A DNA stretch of 64,000 nucleotides from an uncultured Pseudoflavonifractor sp. (GCA_947577065.1 CANPTT010000005.1:6101-70100), one strand, 5' to 3'; shown: positions 38,014 to 48,100, counted from the first letter of the stretch. Numbers and translations are program-made. The notes: generated by a model not told the origin, from the letters alone.

Positions 38014-39162
38014 ATGAAGGAACTCTCCTGGCCCGCCCGGGGCCGGCTTTGGCTGCGGATCGGGCTTCGGCTCTTACTTTGGTGTGCCGGCCTCTGGGCC
38101 GTTATCCGGCTGGGACCGCCGCTCATTTCCCTGTTTTCCCCTTTTTTGCTGGCCTTTTTTGTGGCCTGGGCCCTCTCCCCCCTGGTCCGTTGGCTTTACA
38201 AGCGCTTCCAGCTCCCCCGGGCAGTCTCCACCCTGGGGCTCTTGATCCTGGTCTTTGTGGCTCTGGGCGCCCTGATATGGAGCCTGGTCAGCGCCGCCGT
38301 GGGAGAGATTGCCGCTCTCGCCGTGGGTTGGGAGGAGCTGCTGGCCTCCTTCCAATCCTTGACGGAGGACCTGGGCGCCCGCTTTTCCAGATGGATGGAG
38401 CTGCTGCCCACCTCCCTTCAGACCGCCGTGGATACCCTGACGGAGCGGCTTTTTGACTGGCTGGAGACCGCGATCCCCCGGTTCCTCTCCTTCGGGATGG
38501 ACTCCGCCACCAATGTGGCCCGGACTCTTCCCTCCTTTGCTGTGGCCTCCATCGTGTTCGTCATGGCCGCCTACTTTCTTACCACCGACTTTCCCCGTCT
38601 CCGCGCGGCGGCGGTGGATAAATTGCCCCAAGGCCCCCGGTTTTTCTTCTCCCAGGTCAAGCGGGCGGCCTCGGCAGGGTTTGGAGGGTATATCCGCTCC
38701 CAGATCATTTTATCCATCGGTGTATTCTTCATTTTGCTGGGGGGCCTCCTTCTGGTCCGTCAACCCTACTTTTTGCTGCTGGCCTTTGCTCTGGCCGTGC
38801 TGGACTTTATCCCCATCATTGGTTCGGGAACCGTCATGGTCCCCTGGGCCGTGGTGGACGTGGTGCTGGGCGACTACCGGCATGCCCTGGGTCTGATGGC
38901 TGTGTGGGGCCTGGTGGCCCTTTTCCGCCGGGTAGGAGAGCCCAAGATCCTGGGCGACCAGACGGGGCTCTCCCCCCTTCTCTCCCTGGCCAGCGTATAC
39001 GTTGGGATGAAGCTTTACGGGGTGGCGGGAATGATCCTGGGGCCTGTGCTGTGCCTGGTGGTGCTGAATTTGATCCGTTCCGGTGTGCTGGACCGCTCCC
39101 TGGCGGATCTCCGCCTGGCCGCCGCGGATATCTCCGCCATTCTACGCGGCGGAGAGCAATGA
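38014..39162 (+). CDS. ytvI: Sporulation membrane protein YtvI (AI-2E family)
   Basis: PFLLA, D.IP..GSG...PW, EPKILG...GL.P, G..G.ILGP. Confidence 0.82.
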   Translation: MKELSWPARGRLWLRIGLRLLLWCAGLWAVIRLGPPLISLFSPFLLAFFVAWALSPLVRWLYKRFQLPRAVSTLGLLILVFVALGALIWSLVSAAVGEIAALAVGWEELLASFQSLTEDLGARFSRWMELLPTSLQTAVDTLTERLFDWLETAIPRFLSFGMDSATNVARTLPSFAVASIVFVMAAYFLTTDFPRLRAAAVDKLPQGPRFFFSQVKRAASAGFGGYIRSQIILSIGVFFILLGGLLLVRQPYFLLLAFALAVLDFIPIIGSGTVMVPWAVVDVVLGDYRHALGLMAVWGLVALFRRVGEPKILGDQTGLSPLLSLASVYVGMKLYGVAGMILGPVLCLVVLNLIRSGVLDRSLADLRLAAADISAILRGGEQ

Positions 39163-39325
39163 ACTTTCAAGGGGGCCTCCGCCAAAGAGTCCTCATTCAA
39201 ATTTTAAGCTTCTGGAGAAAAATTCAAAAAACCCCCGATTTTTCTTCACGCTTTAGACACAATTTTAGGGTATCCTAAGTTTTGTTCCAAGGGAGAATCC
39301 ACGCCGTAAAGGAGCGAAAAAAAAC

Positions 39326-40651
39326 ATGTACTATAACGATTATAACCGCATGAGCGACGAACCGAAGGAGCCCATTGTCCCCGATCATTTTTTGGTGGAT
39401 GACCAGCGCCATACCCCTCCCGTCCCCCGGAGGGGGCGCTCTGGGGTAAAGATCGCCGCCCTGTGCCTTGTCTGCGCTCTGCTGGGCGGGGTGACCGGAG
39501 CCGCCGCGCTCCGCGCCGTCTCCGGTCCGTCGGGAAGCACCACCCTCTACTCCGGGGAGCATCCCCCGGTGGCTGTGAACATGGCAAGTATAACGGTGGA
39601 CCAGCCCATGACCTGCTCCCAGGTCTACGCCGCCAATGTGGGCTCTTCCGTCGGTATCACCACCGAACTGGTCACCACCAACTTCTGGGGCCAGACCGTA
39701 AAGGGGGCCGCTGCCGGCTCCGGCTTTGTGGTGAGTCGGGACGGATATATCCTCACCAATTACCATGTGATCGACGGGGCCTCCTCCATCAAGGTGGCCT
39801 TTGTGGATGGGACCACCTATGACGCGGTCCTGGTGGGGGGAGAGGAACCCAATGACATCGCCGTTTTGAAGATCGAAGCGGATGATCTGACCCCTGTGGT
39901 ACTGGGCAACTCGGACGATCTGGTGGTCGGGGAGCAGGTCTGCGCCATTGGCAACCCCTTGGGCGAGCTGACCTTTACCTTTACCGCCGGCTATGTTTCC
40001 GCCAAGGACCGTTCCATTACCATGGAGAGCGGCGAGATCATGAATATGCTTCAGACCGACACCGCCATCAACTCCGGCAACTCCGGCGGACCGCTCTTTA
40101 ATATGTACGGCCAGGTCATCGGCATTACCACCGCCAAATACTCCTCCTCCGGCTCCTCCAGCGCCAGTGTGGAGGGGATCGGCTTTGCCATCCCCATCAA
40201 CGACGTGAAGAACATGGTGAAGGACATCATTGAGAAGGGCTATGTCACCGGCAAGCCCAACGTGGGGATCCTGATGAACGACGTGTCCTCCGACGCCCAG
40301 CGCTACGGCATCCCGGCAGGGGCCTATGTGGAGGCGGTGCTGGAGGACTCCTGCGGCGACAAGGCCGGTCTGAAACAGGGCGATATCATTACCGCCGTGG
40401 ACAACACCGCCGTCACCTCCTCCCGGCAGCTCTCCTCCGCGGTGAAAAACTACAAGGCCGGGGACACGGTCTCCTTTACCATCTACCGGGACAAGGAGCT
40501 CCAGACCATCCAGGTCACCCTGGACGAGAGCAACGTCCAGCGGTCGCAGGACATGGACGCCCTGCAAAAGAGCTTCCAGGAGAGCCAGCAGCAACAGCAG
40601 CAACAGCAGCAACAGCCCTCTTACAATTGGGGCTGGCCCTTTGGATGGTAA
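39326..40651 (+). CDS. htrA: HtrA-like serine protease with PDZ domain
   Basis: GSGF, TNYHV, DIAVLK, QTDTAINSGNSGGPL, GLKQGDII. Confidence 0.93.
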   Translation: MYYNDYNRMSDEPKEPIVPDHFLVDDQRHTPPVPRRGRSGVKIAALCLVCALLGGVTGAAALRAVSGPSGSTTLYSGEHPPVAVNMASITVDQPMTCSQVYAANVGSSVGITTELVTTNFWGQTVKGAAAGSGFVVSRDGYILTNYHVIDGASSIKVAFVDGTTYDAVLVGGEEPNDIAVLKIEADDLTPVVLGNSDDLVVGEQVCAIGNPLGELTFTFTAGYVSAKDRSITMESGEIMNMLQTDTAINSGNSGGPLFNMYGQVIGITTAKYSSSGSSSASVEGIGFAIPINDVKNMVKDIIEKGYVTGKPNVGILMNDVSSDAQRYGIPAGAYVEAVLEDSCGDKAGLKQGDIITAVDNTAVTSSRQLSSAVKNYKAGDTVSFTIYRDKELQTIQVTLDESNVQRSQDMDALQKSFQESQQQQQQQQQQPSYNWGWPFGW

Positions 40652-40856
40652 AAGGGGACGCTCTTTTTCCCTGTTTGCCCCGCTGACCAAGAATGCCGCG
40701 CCTCTTGTCCCCGAGAGGCGCGGCGTCCTTTTGCACTTTCCCTCTTATTTCTTCCGTTTCGGAAGTTTTTCCCTCTGTTTGGCTTGCAAAGCGTCTTTTT
40801 CCATGTTATAGTAAACGAGCCTTTTCGGGCGATTTCCAGGTCAAATCAGGAAGGAG

Positions 40857-40872
40857 CGTTACACGTGAAATG
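40857..40872. promoter_or_regulatory. Degenerate parS-like site over a GTG start
   Basis: CGTTACACGTGAAATG, 13/16 match to TGTTNCACGTGAAACA. Confidence 0.35.
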
Positions 40873-43618
40873 TAAAGTATCTTGTTGGGAAAAAGTCTTC
40901 GGCGTCTTTCTTTGCGCCTTTGCCGCCGTTTGCCTTTTTTCATCGTCCGCTTTTGCCGCCGCCCCCGGAACCTTGGATGTGAGCCTCACCTACGCCGGAG
41001 TAACGTCGGCAGGCACTGGCGTCAATAATGGGGATCCTGTCAATTCCGGCTTTGCCGCCCTGTTAGAGGATAACATGCAGGTGGACGTGGCCGGGCAGGC
41101 CCTTACCCCCATTTTAGGGGGAGTCGTAAGCTTTTCGTACCCCTTTGACCCCGCCAAGTCCTATACCGTCAGCGTACAGGAGGCCAAGACCGAACCTTAC
41201 TACGAGGCAAAGAACATTTCCGTTTCCGCCTCCACCATTTCCGCCGCCATCTCCACCGGAGCTTCCATTGCCGATACCGTGAATTGGGTCCAATGGTCAA
41301 AGCCCATTACCATCATATTGGAAGATCCCAACGGCTTTCCCGCCCCCGCAGGGACAAAGGTCACCCTGACCGGCACGGACGCGGACCCCATCAATCCAAC
41401 CTACCAGGTCTTCAGCGTTACCAAAAAGACCAACGCCGACGGCGAAGTGCGCTTTTTGGATTTTTCCTTTGACCCGTCGGACCCCAGCATGACCAACATT
41501 GCCGCGAACCAGGTATTTGCCACCGCCACGTATGCCGATCCCGCCACGGGCGCGGAAACCTCGATAACTCAATTTTTTCCGCTTACCAATACCAATGTAT
41601 TGTCCATGGTCTGGCCAAACGCCACGGTGTCCGGAACGGTTCGGGGTATAGCCGGACAGGCCGTGGCAAATCAGCCGGTCTCTGTTTATTATGACCTTCC
41701 GGCGCCGGCGACTATGAACTCGAATGGCTCCTTTACAGGCCCTGCTCTCTTTACCTTTGAAAATAAGTATTCACAGCAGATAAAGAATCCCTATTATGAC
41801 CCCAATTATCCTTTTCCCGATGTTCCGGAGTATATCTCTGCCGACTTTGATGTCGGCAAGCTGCACCTTAATTGCCGGGTCTATTCCACCACTACGGACG
41901 AAAACGGAAAGTATACCCTTGCCCTCCCCCAAATGGAACAAGCCGACCTCTGCTTAGATGATACGTCCCTTCCCCCCGAGTACTATGAAAACGGATCTTA
42001 CGCACTTGGTTATTACTCGCCAGGTACGCTTAACTCTGACAGCATGGAGCAGAATAGGCTTTTGAATATGCAATATTTTTTCAGTGCCAGTGATTTTTGT
42101 TCCTTCCTTGGCTACAATCTTCAATCCTCTGTTCATCAATTCCGTGGCCTGCGCTGTTTGGAATCCGTTCAGACCTCCGTTGTCCCCTACGGGAACCTAT
42201 CCGGCTATGACCTGGTTTTGGGAACCTATCCATACACCCTAAAGGGAGAAGTCTTCGCTGGCGATACCCTTTACAAGGGCAAAATCACCTTTACCCTCTC
42301 CTCCCGGGCCCCCAGCTCCGTCAATAACCTGCATAGCGGGGAATTGGTGACCTCCCTCTCCTATGACATTACCGACGGAAAAATTGAGAAGACGGACGCC
42401 AAATTGACTCCGGGAACCTATAAGGTCACCATCAGCGTCACGCCGGAGGCCCTGAGCAACCATATCGCGGACTATTCTTTCTATACCAAAGAAATTACGG
42501 CGGCCGACATTGCCGATGATAGGATCGTAGACCTGGGGACCATGACCTTTCTTCCCATAGAATTCACCACCGTCTCCGGCCCCGGCAAGCCCTTGGATGT
42601 TCCTGTCCCCCCCACGACCCCTGCGGGACCGGGCTACGGGTACGTTCAGGCGCGGCTTGACGGAATGATCGAACCCTCCTACGGAAATGAAGCGCGCTCC
42701 GTCACCCTTCACTACCAAGGCTTCCACACAAACGCCGCGGTGAATAAGGTAACAAACGCCCAACTGGTCCTTCATATCCCCGCGGGCCTGGATGTGGTTT
42801 CCGCCGGCGGTATGACCGTCACCCAAAACAGCTCTACGGGTGGAGCGGATCTGTCCCAGACGATCCCCACTCTCCCCACAGGCGCCGTTCACGACATTAC
42901 CATTGTCGTAAAGAAAACCGCCCCCGCCACTTCCAACTACTACGCCATTACCTGCGATGCTACCGATAACGATGTAAATGGGACCACCTCCCTGCAAAGC
43001 ATCACCGCCCTGCAGTTCGACAGGGTAACCCTCTCCACCCCCCGCCTGGTGGAGGAGGGGACGAGCTTTACCGCCTTTGGTGATATTACCGGCGGCGGGG
43101 AAACCGGCGTGGACCTTATCCGCGACCACGACGCCCAGGTCTTTGCCACCGGCGCAAAGAAAGGCCGCTATTACTATATTACCGTCCCCGGACAAAAGGC
43201 TAAGAGCGACGCGTATCGTTTTTATGCCCAGATCGATCGTAACGGCACCCTTGAGCGCTCCCCCTCCGTCTCCGTTCTGGTCGGAAACGGCCTGCCGGTG
43301 GTGGAGGATATGTCCATTGTCTGCAACGGCATGACCTTCCCGAAAAATCCCAAGTTTAACATGGTCTATTTTACCGGCTTCACCGATCCGTCCAGCTTGA
43401 AAGGACCCAGCTTTGAGGTACACTTCAAGCTGAAAAACAACGGAGCCAACCTTCCCTGCAGCGTGCGGTTCAACGGCAAGGATTACCCCGCCACACTGAC
43501 AAACGGGGAGTATGTGGCAACGATCTCCGGCTACTATGCCTATGGAGACTTTGACCTCAGCGTGGTTATCGACAGCACCTATGAAACTCAAATCGGCAGA
43601 GTCCTCCTGCTATTTTGA
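40865..43618 (+). CDS. Large secreted beta-sandwich-rich surface protein
   Basis: GTG after AGGAAGGAG; signal peptide ending AFA; repeated T...G motifs; no anchor domain seen. Confidence 0.8.
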   Translation: MKCKVSCWEKVFGVFLCAFAAVCLFSSSAFAAAPGTLDVSLTYAGVTSAGTGVNNGDPVNSGFAALLEDNMQVDVAGQALTPILGGVVSFSYPFDPAKSYTVSVQEAKTEPYYEAKNISVSASTISAAISTGASIADTVNWVQWSKPITIILEDPNGFPAPAGTKVTLTGTDADPINPTYQVFSVTKKTNADGEVRFLDFSFDPSDPSMTNIAANQVFATATYADPATGAETSITQFFPLTNTNVLSMVWPNATVSGTVRGIAGQAVANQPVSVYYDLPAPATMNSNGSFTGPALFTFENKYSQQIKNPYYDPNYPFPDVPEYISADFDVGKLHLNCRVYSTTTDENGKYTLALPQMEQADLCLDDTSLPPEYYENGSYALGYYSPGTLNSDSMEQNRLLNMQYFFSASDFCSFLGYNLQSSVHQFRGLRCLESVQTSVVPYGNLSGYDLVLGTYPYTLKGEVFAGDTLYKGKITFTLSSRAPSSVNNLHSGELVTSLSYDITDGKIEKTDAKLTPGTYKVTISVTPEALSNHIADYSFYTKEITAADIADDRIVDLGTMTFLPIEFTTVSGPGKPLDVPVPPTTPAGPGYGYVQARLDGMIEPSYGNEARSVTLHYQGFHTNAAVNKVTNAQLVLHIPAGLDVVSAGGMTVTQNSSTGGADLSQTIPTLPTGAVHDITIVVKKTAPATSNYYAITCDATDNDVNGTTSLQSITALQFDRVTLSTPRLVEEGTSFTAFGDITGGGETGVDLIRDHDAQVFATGAKKGRYYYITVPGQKAKSDAYRFYAQIDRNGTLERSPSVSVLVGNGLPVVEDMSIVCNGMTFPKNPKFNMVYFTGFTDPSSLKGPSFEVHFKLKNNGANLPCSVRFNGKDYPATLTNGEYVATISGYYAYGDFDLSVVIDSTYETQIGRVLLLF

Positions 43619-43635
43619 AGAAAGGAGGGGCAGAT

Positions 43636-44805
43636 GTGATAAATCGAAAAAGAATATTTGCCCTCTGCCTGTTTTTGACCCTGTTTTATACCCAGGCATT
43701 GGCGGTCACCGGGACGGTCTCTCGCGAGGATACCCCTGAAAGCGGAGTCCTTGTCACCTGCGAGGTAAAAAATAAGTCCGGGACCTTTGTGGAGTGGAAC
43801 GGTGTGATCGATCCCGACCCCTCTGATCCGGAGACCTCCACATGGGACATGTATGGGGCCGATTATTACGGGCAAAACAACCCCATGCAGACAAACGGCG
43901 ACGGTCGTTATGGCTTTCTCCTCCCTGCGGGAGAGTTCCGGTTCGTTGTCAACAAGGGGGCCAAGGATGAATGGATCTCCTCCAGCTTTCAGGTCGGGGA
44001 GGGAAGCGGCAAGGCAGACAACTCCTACTTTGTCCCCATCGATCTTGCCTCCCCTCCTCCTACCCCCACACCCAGCCCCACTCCTACTCCCACACCTTCC
44101 TCCACGCCCCCAAGCGGCGGTGGCAGCAGTGGCGGCGGTGGCGGTGGCGGCTCCTCCTCTTCCTCCTCCAAACCCACTCCCACTCCTACGCCCACCCCTG
44201 TCCCGGAGGAAAAAAGGGTAGGCACCTTCCGTACAGATGCCGCCGGGATCCGATACATTTCCGGGTACTCCGACGGCACCTTCCGCTCCTCTCAAGCCCT
44301 TACCCGCTATGAAATGGCAGAGATCTTTTCCAGGCTTGTGGTTCTTCCTGAGGAAAGCACCCACTCCTTTACCGATGTAGACGGCGCCCATTCCACGGTA
44401 GTCGGGCAGCTGGTAAGGGCAGAGATCATCAACGGGTTTTCCGATGGGACTTTTCGTGGTCAAAGCCCCATGACACGGGCGCAGGTAAGTAAGATCCTCT
44501 GCCTTATGCTGGATCTGCAGCCGGACTCCCGTTCCACCGAATTTACAGACTTGAGCAGACATTGGGCGGCCGGATATATTTCCGCTCTTACCCATGAGGG
44601 CTATATCGCGGGATACCCCGATGGAACCTTTCGGCCAGACAATGAAGTTACCCGTGCGGAATTTGTCACGTTGATCAACCGTATCATCGGCCGGGAAGAT
44701 CTGGAGGGGGAGGACCCCACCTTCTCCGATGTGAAGGAGACCTTCTGGGCCAAATCCGATATTTGCAAGGCCTCCTTTCCCCTCTCCACTCATATAACGC
44801 AATAA
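43636..44805 (+). CDS. Secreted protein: beta-sandwich domain, PT/GS linker, three SLH repeats
   Basis: GTG after GGAGG; signal peptide ending ALA; three G(Y/F).DGTF...TR repeats. Confidence 0.85.
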   Translation: MINRKRIFALCLFLTLFYTQALAVTGTVSREDTPESGVLVTCEVKNKSGTFVEWNGVIDPDPSDPETSTWDMYGADYYGQNNPMQTNGDGRYGFLLPAGEFRFVVNKGAKDEWISSSFQVGEGSGKADNSYFVPIDLASPPPTPTPSPTPTPTPSSTPPSGGGSSGGGGGGGSSSSSSKPTPTPTPTPVPEEKRVGTFRTDAAGIRYISGYSDGTFRSSQALTRYEMAEIFSRLVVLPEESTHSFTDVDGAHSTVVGQLVRAEIINGFSDGTFRGQSPMTRAQVSKILCLMLDLQPDSRSTEFTDLSRHWAAGYISALTHEGYIAGYPDGTFRPDNEVTRAEFVTLINRIIGREDLEGEDPTFSDVKETFWAKSDICKASFPLSTHITQ

Positions 44806-44850
44806 AGGGTGGAAAAGGCCCGCCGTAGTATTTTCTTTGTCTAAATGAAT

Positions 44851-44900
44851 ACCCCCCTGGACGGCCTTAAAAAGGCTTGTCCAGGGGGGCTTCTTTTTCC
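44851..44900. terminator. Bidirectional terminator
   Basis: CCCCCCTGGACGGCCTT...AAGGCTTGTCCAGGGGGG followed by a T-tract. Confidence 0.7.
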
Positions 44901-44913
44901 CGCGATTTTTGTT

Positions 44914-45687
44914 TTATCTTCCCTCACCGGGAGTATAGGCCACCACTGTCCTCCGATTGGGCTCGGTCCCGATGGAATAGGTCGTCACATCGGGGTAATC
45001 CTGCAAGGCCGTATGGATCACGTGGCGCTCGTAGGCGTTCATCGGCTCCAAGGTCACGTTCCGACGGAAGCGGACCGCCTTCTCCGCCGTGCGGCGGGCC
45101 ATGCGCTCCAAAGATTCCTCCCGCTTGGAGCGGTAGCCCTCGGCGTCGATACGGATCCGGACCCGATGGGAAAGGTCCCTGTTGACGGCGTAGCCGGTAA
45201 GCTGCTGAATGGCGTCCAGAGTCTCCCCCCGGCGGCCGATCACACAGCCCAACTCCTGCCCCACCAACTCCACCAAATAGTTCCCCTCCTCGTCCACGCT
45301 GACCTGAGGAGCGGCATTTACCTCCATCTGGGCCAGAAGGCCGGAGAGGAAGGCTGTGATGCGGGCGGAGATGTCGTCGTTGGCAGGGGTCTTCCCTGCG
45401 GCAGACTCCCGGACAGCAGGGGCGGCGTACTCTTCCGCCTCCTCCGCGGCCTCCTCTACAGGGGCGGCAGCGGGGGTTTCCTCAGAGACCGGGGCCACCG
45501 GCTCCTCCTCAGGGGCCTCATAGCTTACCCGTACCTTTGCCAATGTCCCGCCGATGCCCAAGAAGCCGGGCTTGGCAAGCTCCAGCACCTCCACCGAGAC
45601 CTCCTCACGGGCAAGACCCAGCTGGTCCAGAGCCGCGGCGATGGCGGCGTCTTCTGTCTTTCCGGTACATTCAATATATTTCTGCAT
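44914..45687 (-). CDS. jag: RNA-binding protein Jag/EloR/KhpB
   Basis: Jag_N (GFLGIG), KH (IGRRGETLDAIQ), R3H (ERHVIH). Confidence 0.95.
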   Translation of the reverse strand: MQKYIECTGKTEDAAIAAALDQLGLAREEVSVEVLELAKPGFLGIGGTLAKVRVSYEAPEEEPVAPVSEETPAAAPVEEAAEEAEEYAAPAVRESAAGKTPANDDISARITAFLSGLLAQMEVNAAPQVSVDEEGNYLVELVGQELGCVIGRRGETLDAIQQLTGYAVNRDLSHRVRIRIDAEGYRSKREESLERMARRTAEKAVRFRRNVTLEPMNAYERHVIHTALQDYPDVTTYSIGTEPNRRTVVAYTPGEGR

Positions 45688-45711
45688 GGTCGTTCTCTCC
45701 TTCCCGTGAAC

Positions 45712-47025
45712 TCAGTCTTCTTTGCTCTCGTCGGCGGGAGTCTCCTCTATGGCGGCGTCCAGCTCGGCGTTGATCTCTTCCAGCTCCGTATCCAGGGGCT
45801 TCACCTCCGCGGGGATCTCTGTCTTTGTGGGATCAGGCTTTTCCTCGGGGGCGACGGGGCCTGCGGCCGGCTCTTCATAGTAGGGGGTCACTCCCCCAAA
45901 CCGTTCCGGGTCATAGGCCCGCCCTCTGGCATACTGGCGCATCCCCACCCGACTGGCCGCCTTCTGCTCCGGGGTCATTCTGGCCTCATCGGGGTCCTTT
46001 TCCTTCTTTTTCCCCTTATTCTTCCGGGCCTCCTCGGCCTCCCGGGCCCGCTGCTCGGCCTTCTCCCGGCGCAGGCGCTTCTCCTCCTCCTTCTCCTCGA
46101 TCTCCCGGAGGCGGGCGGCCTCGGCGGCCTTCTCGTAATCTTTCTTCAGCAACTTGCCGCTGATGATCTCCTGGGCGAGGCCCAGCACATTGTTGGCGAT
46201 CCAGTAGATACTCAGGGCCGCCGGCATGGCAAATCCGATCCACAGGGACATAAGCGGGCTCATGAGCAGCATCATCCGGTTGGTGCTGTTGTTCTGCTGC
46301 GCCTGGTTATTCATATTATTGGTCTTCGTGGTCACCCAGGAAAAGAGAATGCTGGTCAGGGCCGAGACCACCGGCACCAAGAACAGACCAAATCCCATCA
46401 TCCCATCCAGCCAGAATTTTAACTCCGGCTTCAGAGCCAGATTCACTCCAAAGAAAGAGAAGTTAATGGAAAAGATCTCCTTCGCGGTGGTCCCAACCGC
46501 GGCCTGGACCGCGGCAACTTTTTCCGGGGTGATGAGGGAGGCCAGGTAAAGCTGGTTATACCCCACATTGGCAAATTCCGCCGCCTCCCGGATCCAGCCG
46601 TTGGCGGAGGCCACGCTTCCCCAATTAAGGGCCTGGGCCACGGCGCCGATCTGTTCTCCGGTAAGCCCCATCATGTACTTAAGCGGCTGCCGGATGATGG
46701 CATAGAGGGGCAACAGGATAAACAGGGGAAGGAAGGACCACAGGCACCCGCCCATGGGGTTGGCCCCCTCCTTCTCATAGAGCTTTTGGACCTCCAATTG
46801 ATACCTCTGCTGATCCTTTCCGTACTGCTTTTGCAGCTTCTGCATCTTGCCATTGAGCATATTCATCTGGATCATGCCCTTTTTCCCCTTGAGGGACAAA
46901 GGGAAAAGGATCACCTTCACAATAAGGGCAAAGAAGATCAGGGCAAGACCGTAGCTGTTAAAAAACTGGTACAAGACCGTCAACAGCCAGGTAAAGGGCG
47001 TCATGATGTAATACCAGATATCCAT
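45712..47025 (-). CDS. yidC: Membrane protein insertase YidC/SpoIIIJ
   Basis: YGLALI, NPMGGCL, PAALSIYW; canonical position. Confidence 0.92.
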   Translation of the reverse strand: MDIWYYIMTPFTWLLTVLYQFFNSYGLALIFFALIVKVILFPLSLKGKKGMIQMNMLNGKMQKLQKQYGKDQQRYQLEVQKLYEKEGANPMGGCLWSFLPLFILLPLYAIIRQPLKYMMGLTGEQIGAVAQALNWGSVASANGWIREAAEFANVGYNQLYLASLITPEKVAAVQAAVGTTAKEIFSINFSFFGVNLALKPELKFWLDGMMGFGLFLVPVVSALTSILFSWVTTKTNNMNNQAQQNNSTNRMMLLMSPLMSLWIGFAMPAALSIYWIANNVLGLAQEIISGKLLKKDYEKAAEAARLREIEEKEEEKRLRREKAEQRAREAEEARKNKGKKKEKDPDEARMTPEQKAASRVGMRQYARGRAYDPERFGGVTPYYEEPAAGPVAPEEKPDPTKTEIPAEVKPLDTELEEINAELDAAIEETPADESKED

Positions 47026-47055
47026 GGACATGTCCTCCACGATCAGGATCCCCGC

Positions 47056-47277
47056 TCAGGGAACGGGGTCGTACTCAATTGTCTTTTGCCGGTGGAAGGG
47101 CTGACACTTCAAGATCCGCTTCAGGGCCAGAAAGCCTCCTTTTCCCGCTCCATACTTCTCAATGGCCTCCAAGGCATAGGCTGAGCAGGTAGGAATAAAC
47201 CGGCAGCAGGGAGGCCGGGACGGCGAAATGTTCCTTCGATAAAACCGGATCCCCCAGAGAAGAAGCGCTTTCAACAA
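47056..47277 (-). CDS. yidD: Membrane protein insertion efficiency factor
   Basis: [28 protein letters not shown]. Confidence 0.93.
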   Translation of the reverse strand: MLKALLLWGIRFYRRNISPSRPPCCRFIPTCSAYALEAIEKYGAGKGGFLALKRILKCQPFHRQKTIEYDPVP

Positions 47278-47627
47278 TGGCCCTCCCCCTTCTTCTGATA
47301 GACCCCCAGCTTGTCCAGCAGGCGAAGAAGATCCCGCTCTATCTCGGCATAGGGGGCATGGGCCGAACGGACCCGGGCCACCACCACCATGTCAAAGCCG
47401 GAACACATCCTGTTCTCATGGACGCGGTAGATCTCCCGGATCCGGCGGCGGACTCTGTTGCGGCGGACCGCCTTGCCCACTTTTGTGCCCACTGTGACGC
47501 CCAACCGGCTTTTGGCAAGGCGGTTGGGCCGGACATAGACGGCCACCGTAGGGGCCGCGGCGCTCTTCCCTTTGGAATAGAGTCTGCGGAACAGATGGTT
47601 TTCCTTTAAGGAGACCGTGTGCTTCAT
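47271..47627 (-). CDS. rnpA: RNase P protein component
   Basis: [22 protein letters not shown]. Confidence 0.95.
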   Translation of the reverse strand: MKHTVSLKENHLFRRLYSKGKSAAAPTVAVYVRPNRLAKSRLGVTVGTKVGKAVRRNRVRRRIREIYRVHENRMCSGFDMVVVARVRSAHAPYAEIERDLLRLLDKLGVYQKKGEGHC

Positions 47628-47722
47628 CCGTTCCTCCCCCTTTTCCTCTCCATGCACTTGAGGGGCGGCAGAAAAATTCCACCGCCCCGCGTTTCTTACC
47701 CTATTTGGTTGAAGTCTCCACC

Positions 47723-47857
47723 TTAGTGGGAGAGGCGGGCCCGCCCGGCACGACGACGGCGGGAAAGCACCTTGCGGCCGTTGGCGGTGGCCATCCGCTT
47801 GCGGAAACCATGGACCTTGCTGCGCTGACGCTTCTTGGGCTGATAGGTACGAACCAT
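47723..47857 (-). CDS. rpmH: 50S ribosomal protein L34
   Basis: 44 aa translated by hand: [44 protein letters not shown]; RBS GGAGGT. Confidence 0.96.
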   Translation of the reverse strand: MVRTYQPKKRQRSKVHGFRKRMATANGRKVLSRRRRAGRARLSH

Positions 47858-48059
47858 TTTAGTACACCTCCTGTACTCATTTCGGCGGGGATCTCCCCGT
47901 CACCACAACGCCGGATCAGATCCGACGCGGTCGTCAATTTTGACTTGCGCCTTAAGACGCAGAAAACATTATACTGGAAAAGGAATCAACCTGTCAACCT
48001 CCTTTTTCTTTTTTCTCTTTTCATTCAAGTGTTTGGTCCCATATGTTGTGCCAACAAAA

Positions 48060-48100
48060 ATTTTCATCCACAATTTTTCCCTTTTCTGTGGAAAATTTTT
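48060..48100. promoter_or_regulatory. DnaA boxes upstream of dnaA
   Basis: TCATCCACA 48064-48072 and TGTGGAAAA 48087-48095 in an AT-rich spacer. Confidence 0.7.

Noticed and set aside
44050-44200. Short repeats resembling an array
   Set aside because: Encode the PT/GS linker; no spacers or cas genes, so not CRISPR
42239-46422. Long ORFs of 450, 404 and 525 aa opposite real genes
   Set aside because: Shadows of the surface-protein, jag and yidC genes; the same applies to the antisense ORFs over serS, aspS, dnaA and the ABC genes
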